63,999 bases of DNA, filler included, from an uncultured bacterium (GCA_964371695.1; 11 parts of 11 records of this genome joined end to end with filler, not necessarily neighbours in it), one strand, 5' to 3'; positions 19,026 to 31,418 are shown, counted from the first letter of the whole stretch. Notes: generated by a model from the sequence alone, not told the origin. Program-made: numbers and translations.

Positions 19026-21827
19026 TTGGCATGGCATGAGTTTATCGCAGTGGATACGGAAACCACGGGTCTGGACACCCGCCGGGATCGTTTACTGGAA
19101 GTCGCCGCCGTGCGGTTTGTGGGTGGCGAGCCGGTGGACAGGTTCCAGAGTCTGGTGCGTTACCGCAGCCGCCTTCCCCTGCGGGTAGAAAAACTCACCG
19201 GCCTTCGGGCGGCAGACCTGAGCGGCGCGCCCCCCGAAGAAGAAGTGCTGGCCCGCCTGATGGCCTTTCTGGGTCACACCCCCCTGGTGGGACACAACGT
19301 GGCGTTTGATCAGGAAGTGCTGGGCACGGCGCTCAAACGCCACAAACTGCCTCCCCTCAAAAACCCAGCCCACGACACCCTGCTGCTCTCCAGCCTTTTT
19401 TTGCCCACCCTGCCCAGTCACAAACTGGCTCTGGTGGCCCGCGCCCTGGGTCTGGTAACGGGCACGCTGCACCGGGCAGAAGAAGACGCCCTGCTGGCGG
19501 GCCGCATTTTTGTGGACCTGCACCGCAGCATTCCCCACCTGCCCCCCACCCTGCGCGCACTTTTCAGCGCCCTGTTGAGTGGCCACGGCTCTGGCGGTCT
19601 GTTTGCCCAGCCAGACTCCGTGTTCGCCGCCGTGCCCTTGGTGGACCTGCTCAGCACCCTCACCAGCCAGCGACCCTGGCCCGCAGTGCCACCGCCAGAA
19701 GAAATCCATGGCCCCCTGCCTTCGCTGGAAGACATCTGGCAACCCGGCGGCCTGCTGGCCCGGCAGATTGAGGGGTTTGAGGCCCGCGAAGAACAGGTGA
19801 CGCTGGCCCGCGCCGTAGAGGAAACCCTGGACACCGGCGGCGCACTGGTGGCCGAGGCGGGCACCGGCGTGGGCAAAAGCTGGGCTTATCTTTTTGGCGC
19901 GCTCAAACACGCTCTGGAAAAAGGGGAGCGGGTGTTCATCAGCACCCACACCCGCCAGTTGCAGGATCAGCTCTGGCACAAAGACCTGCCCACCGTGGAG
20001 CGGGTGTTGAACCAGCCCGTGACCGTGGGTGTGGTGAAAGGAAAAGGCAATTATCTGTGCCTGGACAAAATGGCCCAGGCCCTGGAAAAAGCCCGGCCCG
20101 AAAACGCCCTGGCCCTGGCGCTGTTGTGCGCCTGGGTGGCCCAAAGCGAAGACGGCGACCTGGAATCGTTCCTGCCCTGGGCGCAACTGAACGTGCCGGG
20201 GGTGGCCGACCTGCTCGCGAGTGTGTCGCTGGATGAACACCACCCCTGCCGCCGTTTCTGCGCCAACCGGCCCCAGTGTTTTCTGTCGCAGCGCGACGAC
20301 CGCCTGGCCAGGTGCCAGGTGGTGATTCTCAACCACGCCCTGCTCATGACGCTGCTGGGCCCCGATGGCGGCGAGGGCCTGTTTGAGAACGCCGTGCTGA
20401 TTGTGGATGAAGCCCATCATCTGGAGGACATGGCCACGCAGCAGTTCAGCCACGTGTTGAGCCAGGGGGGCCTGGGGCAGCTCCGCCGCACGCTGGACCC
20501 CACCACCGCCGGTTCGCTGATGGGGCGGCTGGCGGGTGTGGTGAGTGGCGATGACCTCACCCTGCTGCACGCCGGTCTTGCGGCGGCCCACACCCAGTTG
20601 CAGCAGGCCATCAACACTTTGCAGACCGCCGTGTGGGCGGTGGGGCTGGAGCCGGGCAACCTGTTTCAGACAGTGAAGAAACTGTGGTGGGACATTCCGG
20701 TGAAACAGCGCCAGCCCATTGAAGACGCCCTGGATCACTTGCACGCGGCGCTCAACACCCTGCACACCACCCTGGGCCGCTGGCGGGCCGGTGTGCTGCC
20801 GCAAGAAGAAGACCCCGAACCCCGCTTGAAAACGGCGCTGACACAGACCGCCCTGGTGATGAGTCAGGCGGAATCCCTGATGAGTTTTGCGCGGGACTGG
20901 ATGGAGCAGACCGGCGAAGAGGCCGACGTGGCCTGGCTGGAATGTGTGCAGACCCAGCAGGGCAACCACTGGCGGCTGTGGCGCACACCGTTGTCGGTGC
21001 AGGAGTCCCTGCCCCGCCAACTGGCCCCCTTCAAATCCCTGGTGTTCACCAGCGCCACACTGGCGGTGGGCCAGCGGTTTGAGTATTTCCTCGACCGCAC
21101 GGGCCTCAGCCGCATCTGCGACCACCCCGTGCGCACCCTGCTGCTCAAAAGTCCCTTTGATTACGCCAACCACCTGCGGCTCTATGTGCCCCAGGCCCTC
21201 ATTGGCCGGGGCAAGGGCAGCCCCCACGAACTCGAAGAACAGACCGCCCAGGTGGTGCAGCAGATTGTGGGCGAACTGGGGGGCGGCGTGATGGTGCTCT
21301 TCAACAGCATCCGCGAGCTGAAAAACGTGGCCAAAAAAGTGCGGCCCCAACTGGAAAAGGACCGCAAGCTGCTGCTGGTGCAGTTTGTGGATGGCACCCG
21401 CCAGGCCCTGAGCCAGGAGTTCCGCGACGACCCCGACGCCGTGCTGTTCGGCACCCGCAGTTTTTTTGAGGGCCTGGATTTCAAGGGGGACACCCTGCGG
21501 GTGCTGGCCCTCACCAAACTGCCGTTTCCCTTTCTGAAGGAACCCATCATCGAAGCCCGCATGAAGGCCATGAAAACCCTGGGACAGGACCCCAACCGGT
21601 CTTATTACCAGCCCATGGCCATTTTTCTGCTGCGTCAGGCGGTGGGCCGGGTCATCCGCAGCCACACCGACCGGGGCGTGGTGTTTCTGCTGGACGAGCG
21701 CCTGCTCACCCAGTCCTATGGCCCGCTTTTTCTGGACAATCTGCCTCCCTGCCCGGTGGAGAAGGGAGACCTGGCCAGCCTGCTGGCCGAGGCCAGAGGC
21801 TTTCTGGACGACAAGCCGGGGGAGTAG
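19026..21827 (+). CDS. dinG: DinG-family helicase with N-terminal DEDDh 3'-5' exonuclease
   Basis: VDTETTG, GHNVAFD, HRAEEDA; EAGTGVGKS, DEAHH, TSATL, EGLD, QAVGRVIR. Confidence 0.93.
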   Translation: MAWHEFIAVDTETTGLDTRRDRLLEVAAVRFVGGEPVDRFQSLVRYRSRLPLRVEKLTGLRAADLSGAPPEEEVLARLMAFLGHTPLVGHNVAFDQEVLGTALKRHKLPPLKNPAHDTLLLSSLFLPTLPSHKLALVARALGLVTGTLHRAEEDALLAGRIFVDLHRSIPHLPPTLRALFSALLSGHGSGGLFAQPDSVFAAVPLVDLLSTLTSQRPWPAVPPPEEIHGPLPSLEDIWQPGGLLARQIEGFEAREEQVTLARAVEETLDTGGALVAEAGTGVGKSWAYLFGALKHALEKGERVFISTHTRQLQDQLWHKDLPTVERVLNQPVTVGVVKGKGNYLCLDKMAQALEKARPENALALALLCAWVAQSEDGDLESFLPWAQLNVPGVADLLASVSLDEHHPCRRFCANRPQCFLSQRDDRLARCQVVILNHALLMTLLGPDGGEGLFENAVLIVDEAHHLEDMATQQFSHVLSQGGLGQLRRTLDPTTAGSLMGRLAGVVSGDDLTLLHAGLAAAHTQLQQAINTLQTAVWAVGLEPGNLFQTVKKLWWDIPVKQRQPIEDALDHLHAALNTLHTTLGRWRAGVLPQEEDPEPRLKTALTQTALVMSQAESLMSFARDWMEQTGEEADVAWLECVQTQQGNHWRLWRTPLSVQESLPRQLAPFKSLVFTSATLAVGQRFEYFLDRTGLSRICDHPVRTLLLKSPFDYANHLRLYVPQALIGRGKGSPHELEEQTAQVVQQIVGELGGGVMVLFNSIRELKNVAKKVRPQLEKDRKLLLVQFVDGTRQALSQEFRDDPDAVLFGTRSFFEGLDFKGDTLRVLALTKLPFPFLKEPIIEARMKAMKTLGQDPNRSYYQPMAIFLLRQAVGRVIRSHTDRGVVFLLDERLLTQSYGPLFLDNLPPCPVEKGDLASLLAEARGFLDDKPGE

Positions 21828-21848
21828 GTGCGGTGTCCCCACCGCACC
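21824..21848 (+). repeat. GTAG-type REP overlapping dinG stop
   Basis: GTAG + GTGCGGTG-tccc-CACCGCAC. Confidence 0.7.
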
Positions 21849-21927
21849 AATACAGCAGCGATGTGGACATTGCTGCCATTGCTGTTCGGTTTGAAAGAAA
21901 AGTCCCGAATTATTGGGGGGGTTTTGA

Positions 21928-22069
21928 GGTAGCCCCGGCGCCCCGCCGGGAGTGTCCACCGCGCCAAAGGCGCGCACCACTCAGATTTCTCTTCACGTGT
22001 CTCTGCAAAAACCCTGTTTTGTGACGCCTTCGGCGTTTTTTTTGCTCCCGGCGGGACGCCGGGGCTACC
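21928..22069. repeat. REPIN-like inverted pair of GTAG REPs
   Basis: GGTAGCCCCGGCGCCCCGCCGGGAG (21928-21952) and inverted copy CTCCCGGCGGGACGCCGGGGCTACC (22045-22069). Confidence 0.8.
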
Positions 22070-22102
22070 AATTAACCTGACGGCAATGGACATCGCCGCC
22101 AC

Positions 22103-22744
22103 TCATTTTAAATCGGACGAACCACTACCCGGACCACCGCGCAGTTCCACAAGCGCCAGCCTGATCACGCGAAAACCACCCCCCAGGGCCATCAGCGCCA
22201 GGGCCGAGCCAACGCTCCAGTCCGGCCAGCCGTGGCGGGTGAACACCACCCCCAGGCCCGCCGCCATCACCGCCACGTTGCCGATGGCGTCGTTGCGCGT
22301 GCAAATCCAGGCCGCCTGCCGGTTGGCGTCTCCACTGCGATAACGGAACAGCAACACCGCCACGCCCACGTTGACAACCAGGGCCAGCACACCCAGGCCC
22401 GTGATGATTTCACCGTGGGGAACGACACCGTTCAGAAAACCAAAAACCGACCTGTAAATGGCGAACAGGCCAAAAGCCAGAAAGGTGACCCCCTTCAGCA
22501 GGGCGGCCCACGAGGCGTGGCGGCGACTCTGGCCAATGGCCCACAGGGTCAGGCCATAGTTGAAGGCATCGGCAAAAAAATCCAGCGAATCGCTGAGCAG
22601 GGAAACCGACCGACCGTGGGCGCTGCCCGCGAGTTCAAGAAAAAACATGATCGCGTTCAGCCCCAGGGCGATTTTCAGAACCCGCCCATAGGCCGGGTCG
22701 CCGGGGGCGGCGTGAGAAGGACCACAATCATGACAACCGGACAT
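22103..22744 (-). CDS. Cation diffusion facilitator family transporter
   Basis: MSGCHDC leader, SLLSDSLDFFAD, AWICTRNDAIGN. Confidence 0.88.
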   Translation of the reverse strand: MSGCHDCGPSHAAPGDPAYGRVLKIALGLNAIMFFLELAGSAHGRSVSLLSDSLDFFADAFNYGLTLWAIGQSRRHASWAALLKGVTFLAFGLFAIYRSVFGFLNGVVPHGEIITGLGVLALVVNVGVAVLLFRYRSGDANRQAAWICTRNDAIGNVAVMAAGLGVVFTRHGWPDWSVGSALALMALGGGFRVIRLALVELRGGPGSGSSDLK

Positions 22745-22751
22745 CTGAGCC

Positions 22752-23480
22752 TCACCCCTGGGCCGGGTGGCCATAGTCCAGCGCCAGACGGCTGCGCAGC
22801 GAGGCAATCGCGCTTTTCAGCCGTTCGGTTTCCAGAGCGGCCACAGCTTTGTCGGTGGCGGCGGCGGGGTCCACCCAAAAAGCCGGGCCAAAATGCACCA
22901 GCATCTTGGCGGGCAGCAGCACCGGCAAAAAGGCGATGGTGCGCTTGGCCGTGGGCAACTGCCACACGGGAATCGTATAGAGCGTGCCGACCATGGCGGC
23001 AGGCGCAATGGGCACACCCGCCATGGCCGCCAGCCGCACCGCGCCGGTGTGAAAATCGTGCAGGCCGGTGGCGTTGTTCCAGGTTTTGGTGTGGCCTTCG
23101 GGAAAAATCATCACCGCTTCACCCCCCTGGGCGTGGTCGGCCATTTCACGCAACAGAGCCGCCGCCTGGGTTTTGTCCTGAGCCTTGCCCTGATCCCCGG
23201 CGGTGGCGTTCCGCCCCACGCTTTTCAGCACCGGCCCCAGCAGCGGCACATCCATCATCATGCCCGCGCCAAAAATCCGCACAAACCGCCCGCCCACCGC
23301 CGCCGCCAGCACAAAGGCATCCACAAAGGCATCGTGGTTCGCGCACAACACATAACCCTGGCCCTCTCTTGGCAGGTGTTCCTGACCTGTCACCACCCAG
23401 CGGTTGTAGTGCGCCCCCACCCAGCGCGTAAACCCCATCCAGGCGTCGAAATGCCGTTGTTCCTCTGCCGATGGGGCCAT
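22752..23480 (-). CDS. Lysophospholipid acyltransferase (PlsC family)
   Basis: ANHDAFVD (HX4D), IFPEG motif. Confidence 0.88.
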   Translation of the reverse strand: MAPSAEEQRHFDAWMGFTRWVGAHYNRWVVTGQEHLPREGQGYVLCANHDAFVDAFVLAAAVGGRFVRIFGAGMMMDVPLLGPVLKSVGRNATAGDQGKAQDKTQAAALLREMADHAQGGEAVMIFPEGHTKTWNNATGLHDFHTGAVRLAAMAGVPIAPAAMVGTLYTIPVWQLPTAKRTIAFLPVLLPAKMLVHFGPAFWVDPAAATDKAVAALETERLKSAIASLRSRLALDYGHPAQG

Positions 23481-23654
23481 GGGTTGAAGACTAGAGCAAA
23501 TTCATAATTGACGTAGACAAAGGGCGGGGCCAGTCCTTGCCCTCTCCCTCAGGGNNNNNNNNNNNNNNNNNNNNNNNNNNNNNNNNNNNNNNNNNNNNTT
23601 AATTAATTAANNNNNNNNNNNNNNNNNNNNNNNNNNNNNNNNNNNNNNNNNNNN

Positions 23655-25056
23655 GGCCATTGCCGCTGGTGACGGCGCGGCCACGGCGGCCGTTGTCGAT
23701 CAGACTGTCCACGGCCTCTTGCAACATGCGTTTTTCGTTGCGGATGATGCTTTCGGGGGCGCGGATTTCGATGAGTTTTTTGAGGCGGTTGTTGCGGTTG
23801 ATGACACGGCGGTAAAGGTCGTTGAGGTCAGAGCTGGCAAAGCGTCCGCCATCGAGCTGGACCATGGGGCGCAGGTCTGGCGGCAGCACGGGCACCACGT
23901 CCAGAATCATCCACTCCGGCCGGTTCCCGCTCTGGCGAAAGCTCTCGATCACCTTGATGCGCTTGATGAGTTTCAGGCGTTTCTGGGTCTTGGTGATGGA
24001 AAGCTCGTCATTGACTTCGGTGAACAGCGAATCCAGGTCCAGGCCAGCCAGCAGTTTTTTGATGGCCTCGGCCCCCATGCCGATTTCCACCAGATCATCG
24101 AAGTTGCCGTGCAGGTTTTCTTTGAGCACGTGCAGAAAGGCGTTCAGGCGTTCGAACTCCTCGTCGCTCATGATCTGTTTGTGCGCCAGACCAATCAGAT
24201 CCTTACAGGCGTCGTCCAGTTCCTTTTCCCGCTCTTTCACCTTGGTGCTGGTTTCCTTGCGGCGCTCCTCGGCTTTGTAGTCAATGTCCAGCAGGGCCTT
24301 GGTGATGAACTCTTCTTTCATCACCACCGGAATGTCCTCGGCGTCAATCTTGCGGCCCTTGAGCAGGTCAATGGCGGCTTTATCCAGGTCTGAAAACAGG
24401 CCCGCCAGCAGTTCGCCGGTTTTGGGATCCATGATGTCATCGGCCAGATAGACGTTCTTGACCACCTTGCTGTTGTAGTCGCCCAGCATGAGGATTTTTT
24501 CGCGCAGTTCCTCTTTGAGTTTTTTGAGGTCTTCCTTGCGGCCGTTGTCCACCTCGCGGTTGAGCAGGTTTTCATAACTCATCAGTTCGTTGGAAATGGC
24601 GGCGCGGAACTTGGGGGTCATGTCGGTGATGCGGTCGCGGTTGAGCCGCACCACGATGTAGCTGAGGTAATACAGCACCTTTTCCAGTTCCTTGATCGTC
24701 ATGTCCAGCAAAAGCCCCATGCGGCTGGGCACACCCTTGAAATACCAGATATGACTGACGGGGGCCGCCAGCTCGATGTGCGCCATGCGCTCGCGGCGCA
24801 CTTTGGCGCGGGTGCATTCCACGCCGCACACGTCGCACACCAAGCCGCGGTGGCGCACCTTCTTGAGTTTGCCGCAGGCGCATTCGTAGTCTTTCACCGG
24901 CCCGAACACCCGCTCGCAGAACAACCCGGCCTTTTCAGGCTTGAGGGTGCGATAGTTGATGGTTTCGGGTTTGGTGACCTCGCCGTAGCTCCATTTGCGG
25001 ATGTCGCTGGGGCTGGCAAGACCGATGCGGATGGTTTTGAAAAGTTCGGTGGACAT
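23655..25056 (-). CDS. rpoC: RNA polymerase beta' subunit, N-terminal part
   Basis: KPETINYRT, Zn-finger [37 protein letters not shown]. Confidence 0.98.
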
Positions 25057-25106
25057 AGGGCTGGTTTCTCCTTTTGAACGGTTGGCGTGTGCCGGGGGTC
25101 GGGTGC

Positions 25107-28100
25107 TTAGAAGTACCCCTTCAACCCCACCTTGCGGGCCAGGGCGCTCACGTCCCTGTCCCTTTCCTCCACAATGCGGGCCTCCTGGCCAAAGCGGTTG
25201 AACAGCGTGATCTTCATGCCCAGCGCCTGAAGCTCCTTCACGAGCACGTTGAAGGATTCCGGCATGCCGGGAGACTGAATGTTCTTGCCCTTCACAATGG
25301 CCTCATAGGTTTTCACGCGGCCCATCACGTCGTCGGACTTGATGGTGAGCAGCTCCTGCAGCAGGTTGGCCGCGCCATAGGCTTCCAGCGCCCACACTTC
25401 CATTTCACCCAAGCGCTGACCGCCGAACTGGGCCTTGCCCCCCAGGGGCTGCTGGGTGACCAGGGCGTAAGAACCGGTGGACCTGGCGTGCATTTTGTCT
25501 TCCACCAGGTGGTTCAGCTTCATCATGTACATCATGCCCACCAGCACCGGGCCGTCGAACACCTCGCCGGATTTGCCGTCGAACAACTTGACCTTGCCCG
25601 TGGTGGACACGCCCCCCTGGCGGGCCAGTTCGGCGATTTCCTCTACCGTGGCGCCGTTGAACACGGGGGTGATAGCCCCAAACCCCAGGCGGTGACAGAT
25701 CAGCCCCAGCTGGGTTTCCAGAATCTGCCCCACGTTCATGCGGCTTGGCACGCCCAGGGGGTTGAGGATGATGTCCACGGGGGTGCCGTCTTCAAGAAAC
25801 GGCATGTCCTCGATAGGCACAATCTTGCTCACCACACCCTTGTTGCCGTGGCGGCCCGCCATTTTGTCGCCCACCTGGATGTTCTTCTTCTGGGCGATGA
25901 ACACGCGCACCAGCTTGTTCACGCCGGGTTTCAGGTCGTCGCCCTTGTCGCGGCTGTAGACCTTCACGTCAATGACCTTGCCCTCCATGCCGGGCTTCAC
26001 CTTGAGCGAGGTGTTGCGCACGTCTTTGGCCTTGTCACCAAAGATGGCGCGGATGATCTTCTCTTCGCTCGAGAGTTCACTCTCGCCACGGGGAATTACC
26101 TTGCCCACCAGAATGTCCTCGGCCTTGACGTGTACGCCAATGCGCACGATGCCTTCTTCATCCAGGTTCTTGAGCACTTCTTCGGCCACCGTGGGGATGT
26201 CCTTGGTGATTTCCTCTGGCCCCAGCTTGGTGTCGCGGGCCTCGCACTCGCTTTTTTCGATGTGGAACGAGCAGTAGGTGTATTGCTTGACCAGCCGCTC
26301 GCTGAGGATGATGGCGTCTTCAAAGTTGTAGCCGTACCACGGCACAAAGGCCGCCAGCACGTTCTTGCCCAGCGCCAGCGTGCCGTTGTCGGTAGAAGGC
26401 CCGTCCGCCAGCACGTCGCCCGCCTTGAGTTTGTCCCCTTCGCTCACACAGGGGGTTTGATTGATGGTGGTGCCCTGGTTGGACTTGCGCCATTTCACCA
26501 GCTTGTATTCGTCCCGCGCTTCGGGGTCGTCCTTGCGTCGCACAATCACACGCTCACTGTTCACAAACTCCACCACACCCGCGTGTTTGGCCGACACCAC
26601 GGTGCCGGAGTCAATGGCGATTTTCCGCTCCATGCCCGTGCCCACGATGGGGGCCTCGGTGGTGATGAGCGGCACCGCCTGACGCTGCATGTTCGAACCC
26701 ATCAGGGCGCGGTTGGCGTCGTCGTGCTCCAGGAAAGGAATGAGCGAAGTGGTGACGGAAATGATCTGTTTGGCGGAAACGTCGAGGAACTGCAACCGCA
26801 CGGTTTCGGGGTGCAAGTCCACCGGCTCGTGGTTTTCGCGCACGCTCACGCGGTTTTCGGTGAACCGGTTGTCTTCGGTACGGGCGTTGGCCTGCACGAT
26901 GCGCACCGGCTCCACCACGCGGATCTCCTTGATGTGCTTGAGCTTTTGCAGCTTCAGCACGTCCGCGCCGTTGATGAGTTCGCCTTTTTGCAGAATGGTG
27001 ACGCCGCTGTCGGGGTCCAGCAGGGTGCGGCTCACGGTCTTGCCCAGCAGGTGTTCAAAGTTGAAATCCTTGTGCTGGATGAAATGCTCGCGGGTGTCCT
27101 CTTCTTCAAAGGCCTCCAGCCACAACACATCGTTGGTCACTTCGTGTTCAAAGAATGCCTCCACGCCTTTTTCGTGGAATTCCAGAAGAAACTTCTGGTC
27201 CACTTCTTCGCCCGCCTGCACCTTTTTGCCGCCCGCGGTGAACGACTTGGTGGCGCGAAAAACAATCTTGCTCTTGATTTTGCGGTAAGGCGTCTGGATG
27301 AACCCATAAGCCCCGATGCGCGCGAAGGTGGCCAGCGAGCTGATGAGACCGATGTTGGGGCCTTCGGGAGACTCGATGGGGCAGATGCGGCCGTAGTGGC
27401 TGTGGTGAACGTCGCGCACCTCAAACCCGGCGCGCTCGCGGGTAAGCCCCTGGGGGCCCAGGGCGCTCACGCGGCGTTTGTGCGTGAGTTCGCTCAGGGG
27501 GTTGGTCTGGTCCATGAACTGCGAAAGCTGGTTGCTGCCGAAAAACTCGTTGAGCGCCGACTGCACGGGGCGGTAATTGATCACGTCCTGGGGCGTGAGC
27601 GTCTGCACGTCCTGGCTGGCCATTTTCTCTTTGGCCAGGCGCTCCATGCGGGCATAACCCAGGCGCATCTGGTTCTGGATGAGTTCCCCGATGCCGCGCA
27701 CACGACGGTTGGAGAGATGGTCGATGTCGTCGCTCTCGAAACCCTCTTTTTTCGCCTTCATTTTCAGAAGGAACTCCAGGATTTTCACGAAGTCCTCACG
27801 CATCAGCGTGGGGCGCTCCACGGGCACGTTCACCTGAAGCTTCACGTTCATTTTGTAGCGGCCCACGGGGCTGAGGTCGTAATACTTGCGTACAAAAAAC
27901 CGGCTGTGCAAAAAGTCCTCGGCATAGTCCCGGCCCGGATACGGCTCCTGCTTGAGGCGTTCGTATACCTTGGCCAGAGCGTCTTCCTGGGTTTTCACGT
28001 CGTCGGTTTCTTTGGCCAGGGTGTTTTCGATGGTCTTGCGGATTTCAATAGGCTCGATTTTTTCAAACAGCGTGATGCGGGGCAGACGACATTTTTCCAC

Positions 28101-28901
28101 CAAGCGTGCGGCGGTGGCGTCCAGCCGTGCGCCGGCCTTGGCGATTTTCACGATTTCGCCGGTGTCGCGACGGGTGCCCTCCAGGGCTTCGCGGGTGTAA
28201 AAGCCCATGGCGTCCTCGGCCACGGGGTTTTCCACCACAAAATCCTTGCCTTCATAACGCATGGTTTTCATGTCGCCCTCAAGGTCAAACTCAAACCCCA
28301 AAGCGCGCAAAAAAGTGGTGTAGGCCAGCTTGCGGGCCTTGTCCACGCGAATCCACAAAATGTCTTTCGCGTCGTATTCCACCTGCACCCACACGCCGCT
28401 GTTGGGAATCAGCCGCGCCGAGCAGATGCTGCCGCCGCTGGCGTCCATTTCTTCCTTGAAATAAATGCCGGGGCTGCGGATGAGCTGGCTCACCAGCACA
28501 CGTTCTGCACCGTTCACGATGAACGTGGCGGTTTCGGTCATGATCGGGAACTCGCCCAGATACACTTCCTGCTCTTTGGCTTCGAGAATCCCGCCGGTTT
28601 CCTGATCCTTGATGACAAGGCGGCACAACAGACGCAGAGGGGCCTGATAGGTGAGGTCGCGCTCACGGCAGGTGTCCTGGTCGTTGGTGGCTTCTCCCAG
28701 GGTGTAACCCAGCAGCTCCACGGTGGCATGACCCGCCACGTCTTCAATGGGACTGACCGTGCTGATCAGGTCCATCATGCCCACTTCAAGGTACCACTTG
28801 TAGGAAGCCTTTTGAACCTCCAGCAGATAGGGCTCTTCATTCACCGATGGAATCTTGGTGAAATCCAGGTATTTACGGCCAGCGATGGTGATTTCCTTCA
28901 C
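25107..28901 (-). CDS. rpoB: RNA polymerase beta subunit
   Basis: [34 protein letters not shown] start with GGAGG RBS. Confidence 0.99.
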   Translation of the reverse strand: MKEITIAGRKYLDFTKIPSVNEEPYLLEVQKASYKWYLEVGMMDLISTVSPIEDVAGHATVELLGYTLGEATNDQDTCRERDLTYQAPLRLLCRLVIKDQETGGILEAKEQEVYLGEFPIMTETATFIVNGAERVLVSQLIRSPGIYFKEEMDASGGSICSARLIPNSGVWVQVEYDAKDILWIRVDKARKLAYTTFLRALGFEFDLEGDMKTMRYEGKDFVVENPVAEDAMGFYTREALEGTRRDTGEIVKIAKAGARLDATAARLVEKCRLPRITLFEKIEPIEIRKTIENTLAKETDDVKTQEDALAKVYERLKQEPYPGRDYAEDFLHSRFFVRKYYDLSPVGRYKMNVKLQVNVPVERPTLMREDFVKILEFLLKMKAKKEGFESDDIDHLSNRRVRGIGELIQNQMRLGYARMERLAKEKMASQDVQTLTPQDVINYRPVQSALNEFFGSNQLSQFMDQTNPLSELTHKRRVSALGPQGLTRERAGFEVRDVHHSHYGRICPIESPEGPNIGLISSLATFARIGAYGFIQTPYRKIKSKIVFRATKSFTAGGKKVQAGEEVDQKFLLEFHEKGVEAFFEHEVTNDVLWLEAFEEEDTREHFIQHKDFNFEHLLGKTVSRTLLDPDSGVTILQKGELINGADVLKLQKLKHIKEIRVVEPVRIVQANARTEDNRFTENRVSVRENHEPVDLHPETVRLQFLDVSAKQIISVTTSLIPFLEHDDANRALMGSNMQRQAVPLITTEAPIVGTGMERKIAIDSGTVVSAKHAGVVEFVNSERVIVRRKDDPEARDEYKLVKWRKSNQGTTINQTPCVSEGDKLKAGDVLADGPSTDNGTLALGKNVLAAFVPWYGYNFEDAIILSERLVKQYTYCSFHIEKSECEARDTKLGPEEITKDIPTVAEEVLKNLDEEGIVRIGVHVKAEDILVGKVIPRGESELSSEEKIIRAIFGDKAKDVRNTSLKVKPGMEGKVIDVKVYSRDKGDDLKPGVNKLVRVFIAQKKNIQVGDKMAGRHGNKGVVSKIVPIEDMPFLEDGTPVDIILNPLGVPSRMNVGQILETQLGLICHRLGFGAITPVFNGATVEEIAELARQGGVSTTGKVKLFDGKSGEVFDGPVLVGMMYMMKLNHLVEDKMHARSTGSYALVTQQPLGGKAQFGGQRLGEMEVWALEAYGAANLLQELLTIKSDDVMGRVKTYEAIVKGKNIQSPGMPESFNVLVKELQALGMKITLFNRFGQEARIVEERDRDVSALARKVGLKGYF

Positions 28902-29188
28902 GTGTGTCCTCCCGGGGCATTAAGAAAATATTTAAAGACGCGCAAAATCCATGCCCTTTTTGAAAAAAGGTTCATGGGGCGGAACAGGGCTTGACTGTGT
29001 GTTGAACAGACTCAGTGGCTTCTCCGGCAATCGGCCCTTGGACCGGCGATTAAGGGCCTCCCGCCCCTGATGGGGGTGCGGGAAATGAGGCCGCATTGTA
29101 AGCCACAAAAACCCCCTGTCAAACGATAAATGGGATAAACAAAAACTGTTTTAAGCGATACTGTTTGTCGTCAATCACACGGATACGC

Positions 29189-29443
29189 TTACGGCGCGGC
29201 TGTCACCACCAGCGTGCGGGTGGCCACACCCGTGTTGCCGCCGCTGTCGGTGGCCGTGAGCGTGATGGTGTGGGTACCGGGCAACAGGGTGGCCACCACC
29301 AGCGCCGCGCCGGTTCCCAGTGCGCCGTTCAGATTGCTGCTCCAGGCCAGGGACTGCCCTCCCAGCACACCGTCTTCGGGGTCAGCGCCGTTGCCTGACA
29401 GCAGCACTGCCGTGCCAAAAGCCACCTGCTGATTGTTCTGGGG
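29189..29443 (-). CDS. C-terminal fragment of Ig-like/PKD domain protein
   Basis: DPEDG...WSSNLNGALGTG...PGTHTITLTATDSGG. Confidence 0.75.
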   Translation of the reverse strand, partial: PQNNQQVAFGTAVLLSGNGADPEDGVLGGQSLAWSSNLNGALGTGAALVVATLLPGTHTITLTATDSGGNTGVATRTLVVTAAP

Positions 29444-29543
29444 NNNNNNNNNNNNNNNNNNNNNNNNNNNNNNNNNNNNNNNNNNNNTTAATTAATTAAN
29501 NNNNNNNNNNNNNNNNNNNNNNNNNNNNNNNNNNNNNNNNNNN

Positions 29544-31332
29544 GTGTGCGGCCCTGCACCAGACGCATGGCCCGCTGAAACAACGGCCCCGCCCCGCTGA
29601 TGCCGCTCACGCCCCCCAGGCTCTGGCCGCTCACGCGCCCCACCCACACCCCCACGGTGTAATCGGGCGTGAACCCCATGGCCCAGTTGTCGCGGTAATC
29701 GCTGCTGGTGCCCGTTTTGGCCGCCACGTTAAATGGAAAGGTGAGCACGCTGCGGCGGCCAAAAGCTGGCTCGCGGGCCAGGTCGTCTTTGAGAATATCC
29801 GCCCCCCAGAATGCGGCGGTGGGGCCAATGACCCGCCGGGTGAGCGGGGGCCGCAGCCACAGCCAGGGGCCGGCGGCCCGCCGCCAGCGCCGCACCCGCT
29901 TGAGGGGTTTGTGTTCGCCCTGCCGCCCCAGTGTGGCATAGGCGGTGGTGAGATCCGCCAGTGTTACCTCGGCGTTGCCCAGGGTGATGCCCACGCCGTA
30001 ATGATCGGGCGTCTTCTTCAGACCCAGCCCCAACTGGTTATAAAAACCGTGCAGACGAGCGGGGCCAAGCTGACGGGTGAGGTCCACGGCGGCCACGTTC
30101 AGACTGGCCCCCAGGGCCGCCCGCGCCAGCACCGGGCCGTGAAAAAGGCCGTCGTAATTGTGCGGCTCAAACCAGCCGCCCCCCGCTTGCAACGGCTGGG
30201 GATAACGGGTGGGAATGTCGGCGAGCAGCGAGGCGGGCGTGAAGCCCCGCTCAAAAGCCAGGGCATAGGTGAAAGGCTTGAGCGTGCTGCCGGGCTGGCG
30301 GCGGCTGGCGGGCAGGTCCAGAGTTTCGCGCCGGGGCGCGTGGGCCGCCTCGCCCACATAGGCCAGCACCTCGCCGGTGCGGGTGCGCACCACCATCAGG
30401 GCGGCGCGGGCGCGGCGGCGGGCGGCCAGGCTGTCCACCACCACACTGGCCTGGGCCGCCAGCAGGGTTTGCAGATTGGCGTCCAGCGTGGTTTCGATCA
30501 CGCGGGCGCCCAGGGGGGCCTCTCTCAGCGCCTGGGCCACAAACATGGGGGCGATGTCCGCAGGCGGCGCGGGGGAATACGCCGGCGGTGTATTCATCAG
30601 ACGGCGGGTTTCGGATTTGGAGAGGCCCAGGCGGCCCTGGCTGGCCATGCCCCGCACCCAGCGGCGGCGGCGGGCCTCGGCCAGTTTTGGCCAGCGCAGG
30701 GGGTCCTTGCCCGGCGCGCTCACCAGCGACACCAGCAGGCTAATCTGGGGCCGCGAGAGCCGCTGCACCCCGTGGCCAAAATAAGCCCGGCTGGCCATTT
30801 CCACCCCCATGGCGTGGGGCGCAAAGGGCAGGCGGTTGAGGTAAAGCGTCAATATTTCCGGCTTGCTCAGGTGGCGTTCCAGCCGCAGCGCCCAGGCGAT
30901 TTCTCGCAGTTTTTGCCACCAGCGCCAGGGGCTTTTTTGCAGACACAGCCGGGCCGCCTGCATGGAAATGGTGCTGCCGCCCTGCACAATGGCGCGGCGC
31001 TTCAGGTTCACCCACGCCGCCCGGCCCAGGGCGCGCAACGACACCCCCCGGTGATGATAAAAACCCCGGTCCTCGCTCTCAATCAGCCAGTGGATGAGGG
31101 TGGGGTCTGCCTGCTTCAGACTCACCGGCTCCAGGCGCGGCTCACCTTTGGGGGGAACCTCGCGCAACGTCACGCCCCAGCGGTCGGTCACCCGCACCAC
31201 CGGCTGACGCCAGCCGGGCGAAAACCGGGACGGCAACGGCCACAACAACCACAGGCTCAGGCCCAGGCAGAAGGCCCCGAAGATATAGAACATCCGGGCC
31301 AGATTTTTTTTCAGACGTGGTGTTGCCGCCAT
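29544..31332 (-). CDS. pbpC: Penicillin-binding protein 1C, 3' truncated
   Basis: ESEDRGFYHHRG, GGSTISMQ; PGSTLKPF, SLN, KTGTS. Confidence 0.9.
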
Positions 31333-31418
31333 GCGCTGGGGTCAGGCTACAGGGTGGGGGTAGGAACTGGATGTGGGGGGCTGGAAGTCGGCGTTTGGAA
31401 AAAGCAAGTAGCCCCCTA

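Noticed and set aside
25074-28994. Very long antisense ORFs (1306 aa over rpoB; also 353-2143, 9153-10907, 19092-21980, 38047-39633, 44751-46355)
   Set aside because: Shadow frames produced by high GC3 codon bias opposite recognisable genes; no motifs
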